Source: Gemmatales bacterium
GTDB taxonomy: Bacteria > Planctomycetota > Planctomycetia > Gemmatales > Gemmataceae
DNA: 52,079 nucleotides
NCBI GenBank assembly: GCA_038231495.1
Contig: JBBRLG010000001.1
Location: 1 to 52,079, forward strand
Reading direction: 5' to 3'
Each line of letters begins with the position of its first letter. Position 1 is the stretch's first letter. Positions 10,230 to 19,048 of the stretch are shown piece after piece. The notes beneath the pieces were generated by a model that searched no databases, was not told the origin of the DNA, and worked only from the letters and a program-made list of their open reading frames with translations. The position numbers and the translations under genes were made by a program.

Positions 10230-11264
10230 ATGAAGCACCGTTTCACCGTGACGCGGTCGGAGACGGGCCGCACGCTGGCCGACTGGCTGCACGCGCGCCT
10301 GAAGCTGGTCATGCCGGAAGTGCTGCGGCTCGTGCGCCAGCGCCAGGTCCGCGTGGACGGTCAGCCCTGCACCGATCCAGGGCGGCGCGTCCGGCCCGGC
10401 CAGACCATTGACGCCCTGTCCGCCCCGGCCAATCGCCGCGAGTCGCCGACGCCGAACAAACCCGGTTCGCCGCCCAAGGCAGGACCAAAGGCACGCCCCG
10501 ATGGGGTGGCCAGGCCGGTGATCCGGTACGCGGACGCCGATGTCGTCGTCGTGGAGAAGCCGACCGGCCTGACGACGATGCGCCACCCGGAAGACGTCCG
10601 CGAGTTCGGGCAGCGCGCCCGTCGGTTTCTGCCGCCGACGTTGGCCGATCTACTGCCGCAACTGCTCGCCGCGAAAAACGGCGGGTCGCCGTCGGCGGTC
10701 CGGGCCGTCCACCGCATCGACAACGAGACGAGCGGCCTGGTGGTTTTCGCGCGCACCGTCGAGGCGGAGCGCGACCTAGGCCGCCAGTTCCGCGCCCATT
10801 CGACGGACCGTCTGTACCTGGCGCTGGTGCGCGGCCGGGCGCGGTCGGGCCGCATCGAATCGCACCTGGCCCGCGACCGCGGCGACGGCCGCCGGGGCAG
10901 CACGACCAAGCCGGCCGACGGCCAGCGCGCCATTACGCACATCCGGGTGGTGGAAGAGTTGGGCGACTTTACGCTCGTTGAATGTCGCCTGGAAACAGGC
11001 CGGACGCACCAGGTGCGCATCCACCTGGGCGAAGCAGGAACGCCGTTGTGCGGCGAACGCATATACGACCGCCCGTCGCACGGCGCGCCGGCGGCGGACG
11101 ACAGCGGCGCGAAGCGCATCCTGCTGCACGCCGCGCGGCTCGGCTTCACGCACCCGGCGACGAGCAAGCGCATGGAGTGGGTCTCGCCGTTGCCGAAAGA
11201 CATGGCAGTGGTCCTGGAACGGCTACGAAGCCAGGCACGGCAACAAACGCAGCGTAAACCCTAG
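10230..11264 (+). CDS. RluA-family pseudouridine synthase with N-terminal S4 domain
   Basis: S4-like N-terminus (RTLADWLHARL...VRVDGQPC). Catalytic motif HRIDNETSGLVVFART and HQVRIHL. GTG 10203 is an alternative start. Confidence 0.85.
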   Translation: MKHRFTVTRSETGRTLADWLHARLKLVMPEVLRLVRQRQVRVDGQPCTDPGRRVRPGQTIDALSAPANRRESPTPNKPGSPPKAGPKARPDGVARPVIRYADADVVVVEKPTGLTTMRHPEDVREFGQRARRFLPPTLADLLPQLLAAKNGGSPSAVRAVHRIDNETSGLVVFARTVEAERDLGRQFRAHSTDRLYLALVRGRARSGRIESHLARDRGDGRRGSTTKPADGQRAITHIRVVEELGDFTLVECRLETGRTHQVRIHLGEAGTPLCGERIYDRPSHGAPAADDSGAKRILLHAARLGFTHPATSKRMEWVSPLPKDMAVVLERLRSQARQQTQRKP

Positions 11265-11293
11265 TGGTCTATCCGTCGTGCTTTGCGCAGTGA

Positions 11294-11323
11294 GGTAGGA
11301 CGGCTCCGGAGAGCCGTCCTACC
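11294..11323. terminator. bidirectional stem-loop between convergent genes
   Basis: GGTAGGACGGCTC-CGGA-GAGCCGTCCTACC, a perfect 13-bp stem. It sits between the rluA-like stop (11264) and the stop of the minus-strand small ORF (11348). Confidence 0.6.
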
Positions 11324-11347
11324 GATCAAGGCGCAAGGGACGCGGCA

Positions 11348-11569
11348 TTAGGCCGCTTCTTCCTGCTTGCGGCTACCGCGCTTAGTCGGGCGGGTTCGAC
11401 TCAGCCGAATAAGCAAGCGGCCAAGCCCTTTGTCGGCGTTCGCAAGGAAGTGCTTCCAGTTCTCTTCTGCGAAGCGCGTGGCCTCACTTTGAGAATCGTG
11501 TTTCCCGGAGGCGATCTCACTGAACCAATTGTAGGCAACGAATTTGGCGGAAACGGTGATTGCGTCCAT
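11348..11569 (-). CDS. small hypothetical protein (73 aa)
   Basis: ORF only. Lower GC than neighbours; no recognised motif. Confidence 0.35.
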   Translation of the reverse strand: MDAITVSAKFVAYNWFSEIASGKHDSQSEATRFAEENWKHFLANADKGLGRLLIRLSRTRPTKRGSRKQEEAA

Positions 11570-11753
11570 TGATAAGTTCCTCCGTGGTATGTGTTTAGGT
11601 TAGGCAGGGCTTCCGTACCGGCTCCGGCCTGGTATCCGTCTTGGGGCAAACGGCGTGCCGGTTGGCCGCTCACCGAATTTGCGTGGAACACTCGTCCAAT
11701 TTCTTGATGAATTGTTTCGCCCGCGCGGCCATCTTCTGGACGGTGTGGGAATG

Positions 11754-11900
11754 GTAACCGTTCACCGGCATCAACTTCCCCCCCTTACGAAGGGGGGTAG
11801 GGGGGGTTAAGAACGGTTGAAGTACTCGGTCATGGTGCCCAATCCACCCCCCCTACCCTCCACTTCGTAAGGGGGGAAGTTGATGCCGGTGAACGGTTAC
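11754..11900. repeat. ~147-bp imperfect palindrome (MITE-like or structured element)
   Basis: Left arm GTAACCGTTCACCGGCATCAACTTCCCCCCCTTACGAAGGGGGGTAGGGGGGGT. The right arm is its reverse complement with one C/G indel and a few mismatches. Each arm also holds its own C7-TTACGAA-G6 hairpin. ~35-nt central loop. Confidence 0.75.
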
Positions 11901-11986
11901 GATAAAGTTTAACGCCACAGTTGCATTTTGGAGCGACCCTAAAACTAGGTAGCCAGCAGTGGGGGTGTAGCTGGCCGGCCTTCTAT

Positions 11987-14900
11987 TCATTTTCCCCCGC
12001 GCACCGGGAACGGCGGTCGTTTCAATTCGCGCGGCGGGTTCATTTCCAGCTCTTTTAGCGCGATCGCAATCGCCTTCTCAAGTTGCGGGTCTTTGCCGGC
12101 GATCACGTCGGCGGGCAACTGCTCGACCTCCACGTCCGGCGGCACGCCTTCGTTCTCGACCACCCAGCCGTCTTCCGTCCAGATCGCCAGGTTCGGCGCC
12201 GTCACGGCACCGCCGTCCATCAGCACCGGGAAGCCGAGGATGCCCACCAGGCCGCCCCACGTTCGTTTGCCAACGAGCGTGCCGAGCTTGTATTTGTGGA
12301 ACATCCACGGCAACAGGTCGCCGCCCGACCCCGCCGTCTCGTCGATCAGCATGACCTTCGGCCCGTCGATCGCGGCCCCCGGCGTCTTCAGGTCCGCGCC
12401 GTAGCGCGTCGCCCACATCGCCGTGAACGGCCGCCGCAGGTGGTCGATGTAATAGTCCGCCACCTGCCCGCCGCCGTTGAAACGCTCGTCCACGATGATC
12501 GCCTGCTTGTCCGCCTGCGGGAAGAAGTAGCGCTTGAAATAGGTGTGCCCCAGTGCCGACGTGTTGGGGACGTAGACGTACGCCACCCGCCCGCCGGTCG
12601 CCTTGTGGACCTTTCTCAAGTTGCCCTCGACCCAGTCGTGGTTGCGCAGCGCGGCCTCGTCGGCCAGCGGCTCGACCGTGACCGTGCGGCTGCCGGTGCC
12701 GTCGGCGCTCGGTCCGACCGTGATCTCGATGCTCTTGTTCGCCGTGTTTTCAAAGAGCGAATACAGTTCGGTCGGCGGCTTCAGGTCGAGGCCGCGCACC
12801 GCGAGCAGGTAGTCGCCCGCCTTCACGTCTACGCCCGGCGCGGTCAGCGGTGAGCGCAGCTCCGGCGTCCAGTTCAAGCCGCCGTAAACCTTCTTGAAGC
12901 GGTAGCGGCCGTCGGCAATTTCGTAATCCGCGCCGAGCAGTCCGCCCGGCACCGCCTTGCGTTCGTAGGGCCGTTCGCCGGGCGCGGTGTTGCTGTGGCC
13001 GACGCCCAACTCGCTCAACATGCCGCGCAATACGCGGTCGAGGTCGCCGCGCGTCGCCAGGTGCGGGAGGAACACGGCGTACTTCTTCTTGACCGCCTTC
13101 CAGTCGGCCCCGTGCATGTTGGGGTCGTAGAAATAGTCGCGGTTGATGCGCCACGCCTCGTCGAAGATTTCCGCCCATTCGGCCCGCGGCTCGACGCGCA
13201 CTTCAATGGCGTCGATGTTCAGCTTACCCTTGCCCGGCTCGGGCTTGCCGGCCGCGTCGATGATCGACCAGCTGTCCGGCGGTGCGAACACCAACGCTTT
13301 CTTGCCGTCGCCGCTCAGTCGGTAGTCGAGTACGGCGGGCAGCACGGTTTCGACTTTGCGCCTGGCAAGGTCGAACCGCTTCAACTCCGGCGGCCGCGGG
13401 GTGCCGTCACCGCCCGGACCTTCGAGGAAGAACACCTGGCCCGCCGCACCGGCCTGCAAGCGGGTGAGCGCGCCCCTCGGCACCGGCAGGGCCAGGATGC
13501 GCTGGTCGATGCCGTCGAAGTCGATCGCGAACGGCTCAGCCTTTTCGGGCTTCTTTTCTTTCGGCTCCTTGTCCTTCGTCTTGTCCTCGGCGGCGGCCTT
13601 CTCCTCGTCGCTCTCGCGCGACAGCGGCGACGGCACGCCCTTTTTCAGGACGACGAGGTACAGCGAACGCTGCACGCGCATGTCGGTGTTGGACTGGGCG
13701 AACCACTGGTTGACCGGCCCCGCGTCCGTCGAGGCCAGGAAATACAGGTATTTGCCGGTCGCGTCGAAAACCGGATCGACGGCGTCGCTGAAGCCGTCGG
13801 TGATCGCCTGCGACTTGCCGGCCGCGAGGTCGTGGGCGTAGACCGTGTGGTACGCCGCCTTGTTGCCGAGCGTGTAGGCGAGCCATTGCGAGTCCGGCGC
13901 CCACGCGGGCCGTAGCGTGCGCAGGCCGGTGGGGCCGTACAGCGCCTCCGTCGCGACCTTCTTCACCTTGCCGCTTTCGAGGTCGATCCAGTACAGCGCG
14001 TTGGAGTTGTCGATGAACGCCAGCTTCTTGCCGTCGGGCGCCCAAACGCAGGACTCGTAGAAGCCGGCCCCGTCGAGCGGGTAGGCTTTCGGCTTACCCT
14101 TGCCGTCGGCGGCACGGACATACAGCTGGTATTCGCCGCCCTCGTCGGAGAAGTAAGCGACCGCCTTGCCGTCGGGCGACCACGCGGGCGAGCGGTCGTG
14201 GACTCCGGGCGAGTTGGTGAGGTTGCGGGGGTCGCCCTTCTCCGCCGGCACCGTCACAATCTCGCCGCGGAACTCGAACACGGCCCGCGCCCCCGACGGC
14301 GACAGCGCGGCGTTGCGGATATACTTGGCCCCCTTGACGAAGCGCGGCCGTGCCTCGCCGAGGTCCGCCGCCACCCCGATTGTGAGCCGCTTGTCTTCCT
14401 CCTTTACGGGGTCGTAAAGGTGCAAATAACCGGCTTGTTCGTAAACCAGCTTGCCGCCGCCGGCACCGACGTCCGTGACCGGGAAGTCAGCGTACTTGGT
14501 CAGTTGCCGGACCTTCTGGTCCCTGGTGTCGTAGGCGAAAAGGTTGAATTCGCCGGCGCGGTCGGAGCGGAAGTAAATCGCGTCGCCGACCCAGTTGGGG
14601 TCCATGTCGTTACAACGGCCTTCGGGCTGCGGAATTTGCACGACGCTGTTGTCGCTCTTGCGCAACGCCCAGATGCGCGAGCTGGTGCCGCCGCGGTAGT
14701 GCTTCCACTGGGCGGAGCGGTCGGCGATGGGGGTGTAGGCAATGCGTTCGCCGTCGGCCGCGAACGACGCCTGCACGCCGTTGGGCATCGGCAACTGGGT
14801 CGGCATGCCGCCGGCGAGCGGCACGGTGAACAGTTGGGCGTACCGGTTGGTGAAGACGCTGCGCGGCGACGAGAAGACGACGGCCTTACCGTCGGGCGTG

Positions 14901-15262
14901 AAGCCGCGGACGAGATCGACGCCGGGGTGCCAGGTGAGCCGCTTGGGCGAGCCGCCCTCGACGGGGATGGTGTAAACGTCGGTGTTGCCTTCGTACTGAG
15001 CGCTGAAGGCGATCGTCTTGCCGTCGGGCGAAAAGACGGGGTGCGACTCGATGCCGGTGTCGCTGGTGAGCCGGCGGACGTTCTTGCCGTCGAGGTCGGC
15101 GACCCACATATCGTCGGCGTAGATGAACGCGACGTGGGCGGCGCTGACGGCCGGCTGGGTGAGCAGGCGCGTGTCGTGAATGTCCGGCTCGGCACAGGCC
15201 GCGGGGGCGAACAGCAACCCGACGCCTAGTGCTGGCAAGAGGTAGAGTGGTGGGGGACGCAT
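11987..15262 (-). CDS. tricorn-like protease (TolB-type beta-propellers + PDZ + S41 peptidase)
   Basis: Signal peptide from ATG 15262 (MRPPPLYLLPALGVGLLFAPAACA). Repeated SPDGK..(A/V)F propeller blades, a PDZ-like segment and a C-terminal S41 region (IVDERFNGGG, LIDETAGSGGD). ~1090 aa, typical of tricorn homologs. Confidence 0.85.
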   Translation of the reverse strand: MRPPPLYLLPALGVGLLFAPAACAEPDIHDTRLLTQPAVSAAHVAFIYADDMWVADLDGKNVRRLTSDTGIESHPVFSPDGKTIAFSAQYEGNTDVYTIPVEGGSPKRLTWHPGVDLVRGFTPDGKAVVFSSPRSVFTNRYAQLFTVPLAGGMPTQLPMPNGVQASFAADGERIAYTPIADRSAQWKHYRGGTSSRIWALRKSDNSVVQIPQPEGRCNDMDPNWVGDAIYFRSDRAGEFNLFAYDTRDQKVRQLTKYADFPVTDVGAGGGKLVYEQAGYLHLYDPVKEEDKRLTIGVAADLGEARPRFVKGAKYIRNAALSPSGARAVFEFRGEIVTVPAEKGDPRNLTNSPGVHDRSPAWSPDGKAVAYFSDEGGEYQLYVRAADGKGKPKAYPLDGAGFYESCVWAPDGKKLAFIDNSNALYWIDLESGKVKKVATEALYGPTGLRTLRPAWAPDSQWLAYTLGNKAAYHTVYAHDLAAGKSQAITDGFSDAVDPVFDATGKYLYFLASTDAGPVNQWFAQSNTDMRVQRSLYLVVLKKGVPSPLSRESDEEKAAAEDKTKDKEPKEKKPEKAEPFAIDFDGIDQRILALPVPRGALTRLQAGAAGQVFFLEGPGGDGTPRPPELKRFDLARRKVETVLPAVLDYRLSGDGKKALVFAPPDSWSIIDAAGKPEPGKGKLNIDAIEVRVEPRAEWAEIFDEAWRINRDYFYDPNMHGADWKAVKKKYAVFLPHLATRGDLDRVLRGMLSELGVGHSNTAPGERPYERKAVPGGLLGADYEIADGRYRFKKVYGGLNWTPELRSPLTAPGVDVKAGDYLLAVRGLDLKPPTELYSLFENTANKSIEITVGPSADGTGSRTVTVEPLADEAALRNHDWVEGNLRKVHKATGGRVAYVYVPNTSALGHTYFKRYFFPQADKQAIIVDERFNGGGQVADYYIDHLRRPFTAMWATRYGADLKTPGAAIDGPKVMLIDETAGSGGDLLPWMFHKYKLGTLVGKRTWGGLVGILGFPVLMDGGAVTAPNLAIWTEDGWVVENEGVPPDVEVEQLPADVIAGKDPQLEKAIAIALKELEMNPPRELKRPPFPVRGGK

Positions 15263-15390
15263 AGGTGTTGTCTCGCTGAGTAAGTGTGAACATCGCCCGC
15301 GGCGCGTCGTGGGGGTACGTTCGACCGCGGCGAGGGCGATTTTACCCCACGGGGGCGGCGGCAACCACGAGAATTTCCGGGAACGACGGG

Positions 15391-15418
15391 CACCGTGTCA
15401 CCGTGTCACTGTGTCACC
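15391..15418. repeat. tandem 8-mer (CACCGTGT)x3
   Basis: CACCGTGTCACCGTGTCACTGTGTCACC in the gap between the protease start and the TIM-barrel gene stop. Confidence 0.7.
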
Positions 15419-15439
15419 CAATCCGCGACTCACCCTCCA

Positions 15440-16471
15440 TCACTTACCCATCAGTTTCTCCAACACGTACATCTCCAACCCCTCATAGTTGCGCTCCGCG
15501 CGGTACGCCTCGACCTTGGCGGCGTCCATCGAGCGGGCGACTTCAACCAGGTGCAGGAACATCGCTCGGCTGTTGGCCAGGTGCTTGGTATGGTCGGCGA
15601 TCTTCGTCGTGCGCATCGCCTTCACGTCCAGGCCGATGCAGCCGTCGTAGCCGGCACGCTCCAAAACCCAGACCTGGTTGAACGCCCGGCGAATGTCCAC
15701 TGAGCCGAACGTCTTGTCCTGGTCGTATTTCAACCCGTTCTGGTCGTTCAAATGCACGCTCCACAATTTATTGTGCCAGAGCGTGTACGCCATGTCGTCG
15801 GACGGGTCGAGGCCGGCCAGGATCGAGTGGGCCGACTCGATCAGCACGCCGACGCGGGCCGGGTCGGAGGCGCGATAACACATCGCCAGGAAGTGGCCCG
15901 GCGTCGGCAAATACGCCTGGTCCATCGGCTCGTTCGGCTTCATCTCGCCCAGGATGCGGATGTGGGGGTCGTGAGCCAGGAGCGTGTTGACCGCTTCGAG
16001 GATGCGCTCGGCGGCCCCGATCGGGTCTTTCGCCTCGCGGATGTAGGTGCCCTCACGTGCCAGCCAGAGAACGATGTCCTTACAGCCGATGGCGTTGGCG
16101 ATGTCCACGGCCCGCTTGGAGCGTTCGAGGGCGTACTTGCGTTCGGCGGCGCTGTTGGAGGTATAGGCACCGTCGATGGTCTTGGGATGCTCCCACAGGC
16201 GCGGGGCGATGAATTCGCAGAAGAGACCCTCGCCGTCGAATATCTTTTTGACCTTGGCGACGCCCTTGAGCGTCTCGGCGGGCGGCAGGTCGGCCTCGAC
16301 CACGTCGTCGTCGTAGCACTGCACGCCGTCGAAGCCGAGTTTCTTGTACTCGCGGATTTTGGCCGCGAACGGCACTTCCTTGCGGACGGCGGGACCGAAC
16401 GGGTCGGCACCAGTGCTGATGTTCCAGGGGCCGAAGGTGAAACGGTATTTACGGTTGGTCGAGGCGGCCAT
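15440..16471 (-). CDS. xylose isomerase-like TIM-barrel protein (sugar phosphate isomerase/epimerase family)
   Basis: N-terminus YRFTFGPWNISTGADPFGPA resembles short class-I xylose isomerases. Later EMKPNEP and HLNDQNG metal-site-like motifs. Confidence 0.75.
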   Translation of the reverse strand: MAASTNRKYRFTFGPWNISTGADPFGPAVRKEVPFAAKIREYKKLGFDGVQCYDDDVVEADLPPAETLKGVAKVKKIFDGEGLFCEFIAPRLWEHPKTIDGAYTSNSAAERKYALERSKRAVDIANAIGCKDIVLWLAREGTYIREAKDPIGAAERILEAVNTLLAHDPHIRILGEMKPNEPMDQAYLPTPGHFLAMCYRASDPARVGVLIESAHSILAGLDPSDDMAYTLWHNKLWSVHLNDQNGLKYDQDKTFGSVDIRRAFNQVWVLERAGYDGCIGLDVKAMRTTKIADHTKHLANSRAMFLHLVEVARSMDAAKVEAYRAERNYEGLEMYVLEKLMGK

Positions 16472-16587
16472 TCAAGTTTACTCCCCTGGGGCGTCGATAA
16501 AAGATGAGTCTGTACCTGAAACGACCGCCGGCGAGGTTGGACCTCGTCGCCCGCACGGGTGGCCGTTTTCTCTAAACCAGGTGGTAT

Positions 16588-16791
16588 GTGGACCCCGTCC
16601 AGATTTTGTGTGCCAGTTGCGGCGGTCAGTGGCTGGCCGCCGTCAACTTCTCCGTTTACGAACAGCAAGCGGTCGAATCCTGCCCCTGCCCATTCTGCGC
16701 CGCTTACACCCTCTGCTGCCGCGAACCGGTCGAGCACCCTCTCGTCAAACTCCGCCGCAATCGGCACCGCGCCGTCGCGGCCGCGCGTTGA
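16588..16791 (+). CDS. possible small zinc-ribbon protein (67 aa, GTG start)
   Basis: CASCGG...CPCPFC cysteine pairs and high GC3, in the 527-bp divergent gap. Speculative. Confidence 0.3.
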   Translation: MDPVQILCASCGGQWLAAVNFSVYEQQAVESCPCPFCAAYTLCCREPVEHPLVKLRRNRHRAVAAAR

Positions 16792-16852
16792 GAGGATTCT
16801 AGCGAAACACTGCTGCAACGAGTATTTGCCGCTCGCGGCTTTGCAAAAGAGG

Positions 16853-16974
16853 TAAACCACGGAAGACACGGACAACACGGAAAAAGACAGAAGAAGAGTC
16901 GCGGCAAGGCTGGTATCATGCCTTGTGCCTCTTCGGTCTTTTTTCCGTGTGTTCCGTGTTTTCCGTGGTTTAAC
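16853..16974. repeat. family-B hairpin (second copy)
   Basis: TAAACCACGGAAGACACGGACAACACGGAAAAAGAC ... GTCTTTTTTCCGTGTGTTCCGTGTTTTCCGTGGTTTAAC. A single-arm family-A variant lies just upstream at 16826-16845. Confidence 0.85.
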
Positions 16975-16998
16975 TCTTTTGCGCAGGAGGTTCGTCGC

Positions 16999-18747
16999 AT
17001 GGCCAGTCCCGACGGGTTCACGACGCGGCCGGTTTACATGGGCACCCACGGCGTCGTCGCCTCGGGCCACTACCTCGCGGCCCGCGCCGGCCAGCGCATG
17101 TTCGACAAGGGCGGCAACGCCATCGACGCCGCCGTCGCGTCCGGCTTCGCCCTGAACCTCCTCGAACCGCAGAACAACGGCCTCGGCGGCGAGGTGCCGA
17201 TCCTCATTCATAGTGCCAAAGAGGGAAAGGTCTTTTCGATCAGCGGCCAGGGCTTCAACGCCAAGGCCGCGACCGTGGACTGGTTCGTCAAAAACAAAAT
17301 CGACCTCATCCCTGGTGACGGCTTCCTGTCCGCAACGGTGCCGGCGATGTTCGGCTCCTGGGCGTTCGCCTTGATGCGCTTCGGCACGCTGACGCTCAAG
17401 GACGTGCTTGAACCCGTCATCGGCTACGCCGAATCCGGTTTCGCGGTCTATCCAAGTTTGCGTCGCGCGCTCGCGGGGCTATCGAAACGCTTCCGCGACG
17501 AGTGGCCCAGCTCGGCGGCGGTCTACCTGCCCGACGACAAGGTGCCGGCCGTCGGCGACCTGCACAAAAACCCCGACTGGGCCGCGACGCTCAAGAAGGT
17601 GGTCGAGGTCGAAACCAAGGACGCCAAACGCGGCCGGGCCGAGGCGATTCAGTCCGCCATCGCCTACTGGTACAAGGGCGAGGTCGCCGAGAAGCTCGTC
17701 GCCTTCCTTGAAAAGACGGCGATTCGCGACGCCAGCGGCGACAAGCACAAGGGTCTGCTCACGAAAGACGACTTCGCCGCGTGGCAGCCGAAACTAGAAG
17801 AACCGGCCTCGGTCGATTACCACGGCCTGACCGTTTACAAGTGCGGCCCGTGGACGCAGGGGCCGGTTTTTCTGCAACAACTCCGACTGCTCGAAGGCTT
17901 CGACCTGCCGAAAATGGGCCACAATTCGGCGACGTACATCCACACCCTCATCGAGGCGGCCAAGCTGGCGTTTGCCGACCGCGAACAGTACTACGGCGAC
18001 CCGGACTTCGTCGAGGTGCCCTTGAAGCGGCTCTTGTCGAAGGACTACGCCGACGAACGGCGCAAGTTGATCGACCCGAAAAAGGCGTCGTTGGAAATGC
18101 GGCCGGGCGAGGGTCCGAAGAGTGTGCCGGAGGACGTGCAGGGCCGCGAGTTCACGTTCCGCGGCGACACGACGCACACCTGCGCCGCGGACGCCAAGGG
18201 CAACCTGATGGCGGCGACGTGCAGCGGCGGCTGGATCCCGTCGTCGCCGGTGGTGCCGGGCGTCGGCTTCCCGATGGGCACGCGCGGCCAGATGTTTTTT
18301 CTGGACCCGCACCGGGCCAACGTGGTCGCTCCGCACAAGCGGCCGCGGACGACGCTGACGCCGTCGCTCGTCATGAAGGACGGCAAGCCGTTCATGGTTT
18401 TCGGCACGCCCGGCGGCGACCAGCAAGATCAGTGGACGTTGCAGTTCTTCCTGAACTACGTCGCTTTCGGCATGAACCTGCAAGAGGCGATCGACGCGCC
18501 GATGTTCGACAGCAGCCACTTCCCCAGTTCGTTCTATCCGCGGGAGGCCAAGGCCGGCGGCATGACGGTGGAGAGCCGCATTCCGGAGGCGACGGTCAAG
18601 GAGTTGGAGGCGCGCGGCCACAAGGTGAAGGTGGCGGGCGCGTGGGTGGCCGGCAAGGTGATGGCGGTCCACACGGAACGGCGCACCGGCGTGTTGAGTG
18701 GGGCCGTTTCGCCGCGCGGTCAGATCGGTTATGTGATGGGCGATTGA
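16999..18747 (+). CDS. ggt: gamma-glutamyltransferase family protein
   Basis: HGVVASGHYLAA N-terminus. Autoprocessing/nucleophile region RGDTTHTCAAD. FGTPGGDQQDQ motif. ATG 16999 is chosen because listed start 16918 reads through the repeat hairpin. Confidence 0.9.
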   Translation: MASPDGFTTRPVYMGTHGVVASGHYLAARAGQRMFDKGGNAIDAAVASGFALNLLEPQNNGLGGEVPILIHSAKEGKVFSISGQGFNAKAATVDWFVKNKIDLIPGDGFLSATVPAMFGSWAFALMRFGTLTLKDVLEPVIGYAESGFAVYPSLRRALAGLSKRFRDEWPSSAAVYLPDDKVPAVGDLHKNPDWAATLKKVVEVETKDAKRGRAEAIQSAIAYWYKGEVAEKLVAFLEKTAIRDASGDKHKGLLTKDDFAAWQPKLEEPASVDYHGLTVYKCGPWTQGPVFLQQLRLLEGFDLPKMGHNSATYIHTLIEAAKLAFADREQYYGDPDFVEVPLKRLLSKDYADERRKLIDPKKASLEMRPGEGPKSVPEDVQGREFTFRGDTTHTCAADAKGNLMAATCSGGWIPSSPVVPGVGFPMGTRGQMFFLDPHRANVVAPHKRPRTTLTPSLVMKDGKPFMVFGTPGGDQQDQWTLQFFLNYVAFGMNLQEAIDAPMFDSSHFPSSFYPREAKAGGMTVESRIPEATVKELEARGHKVKVAGAWVAGKVMAVHTERRTGVLSGAVSPRGQIGYVMGD

Positions 18748-18758
18748 CCATTCTAGCC

Positions 18759-18807
18759 TTTGCCGCTTGCGGCTTTGCGAACTCCCGCTAAGCCGCAAGC
18801 GGCAAAT
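18759..18807. repeat. family-A palindromic repeat hairpin
   Basis: TTTGCCGCTTGCGGCTTT ... AAGCCGCAAGCGGCAAA, 12 nt after the ggt stop. Confidence 0.8.
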
Positions 18808-18828
18808 ACAATTTCTCAGGACGTTTTC

Positions 18829-18972
18829 ATGCACAGGGTCCTCTTCGACATAGACGGCACCCTGATCTCGAGTGGCGGAGCAGCTTCGGGAAGGGAGGGC
18901 GTCGGCAGCTGGCGGAGCATGTCGCGGCCCAGGAACGCGATCAAACCCGACCGTTTCGCAAACGGCTGGTAG
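18829..18972 (+). pseudogene. relic of a HAD-family hydrolase N-terminus
   Basis: MHRVLFDIDGTLISSGGA carries the HAD motif I (DxDGTL), but the ORF ends after 47 aa. Confidence 0.35.
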
Positions 18973-19048
18973 CGGTCACTACGTGATGGGCGATTGACCG
19001 CCGGCAAGGGACGCCGCGTGCTGCGGTTGACCCTCCGGCGAGCGGCCG

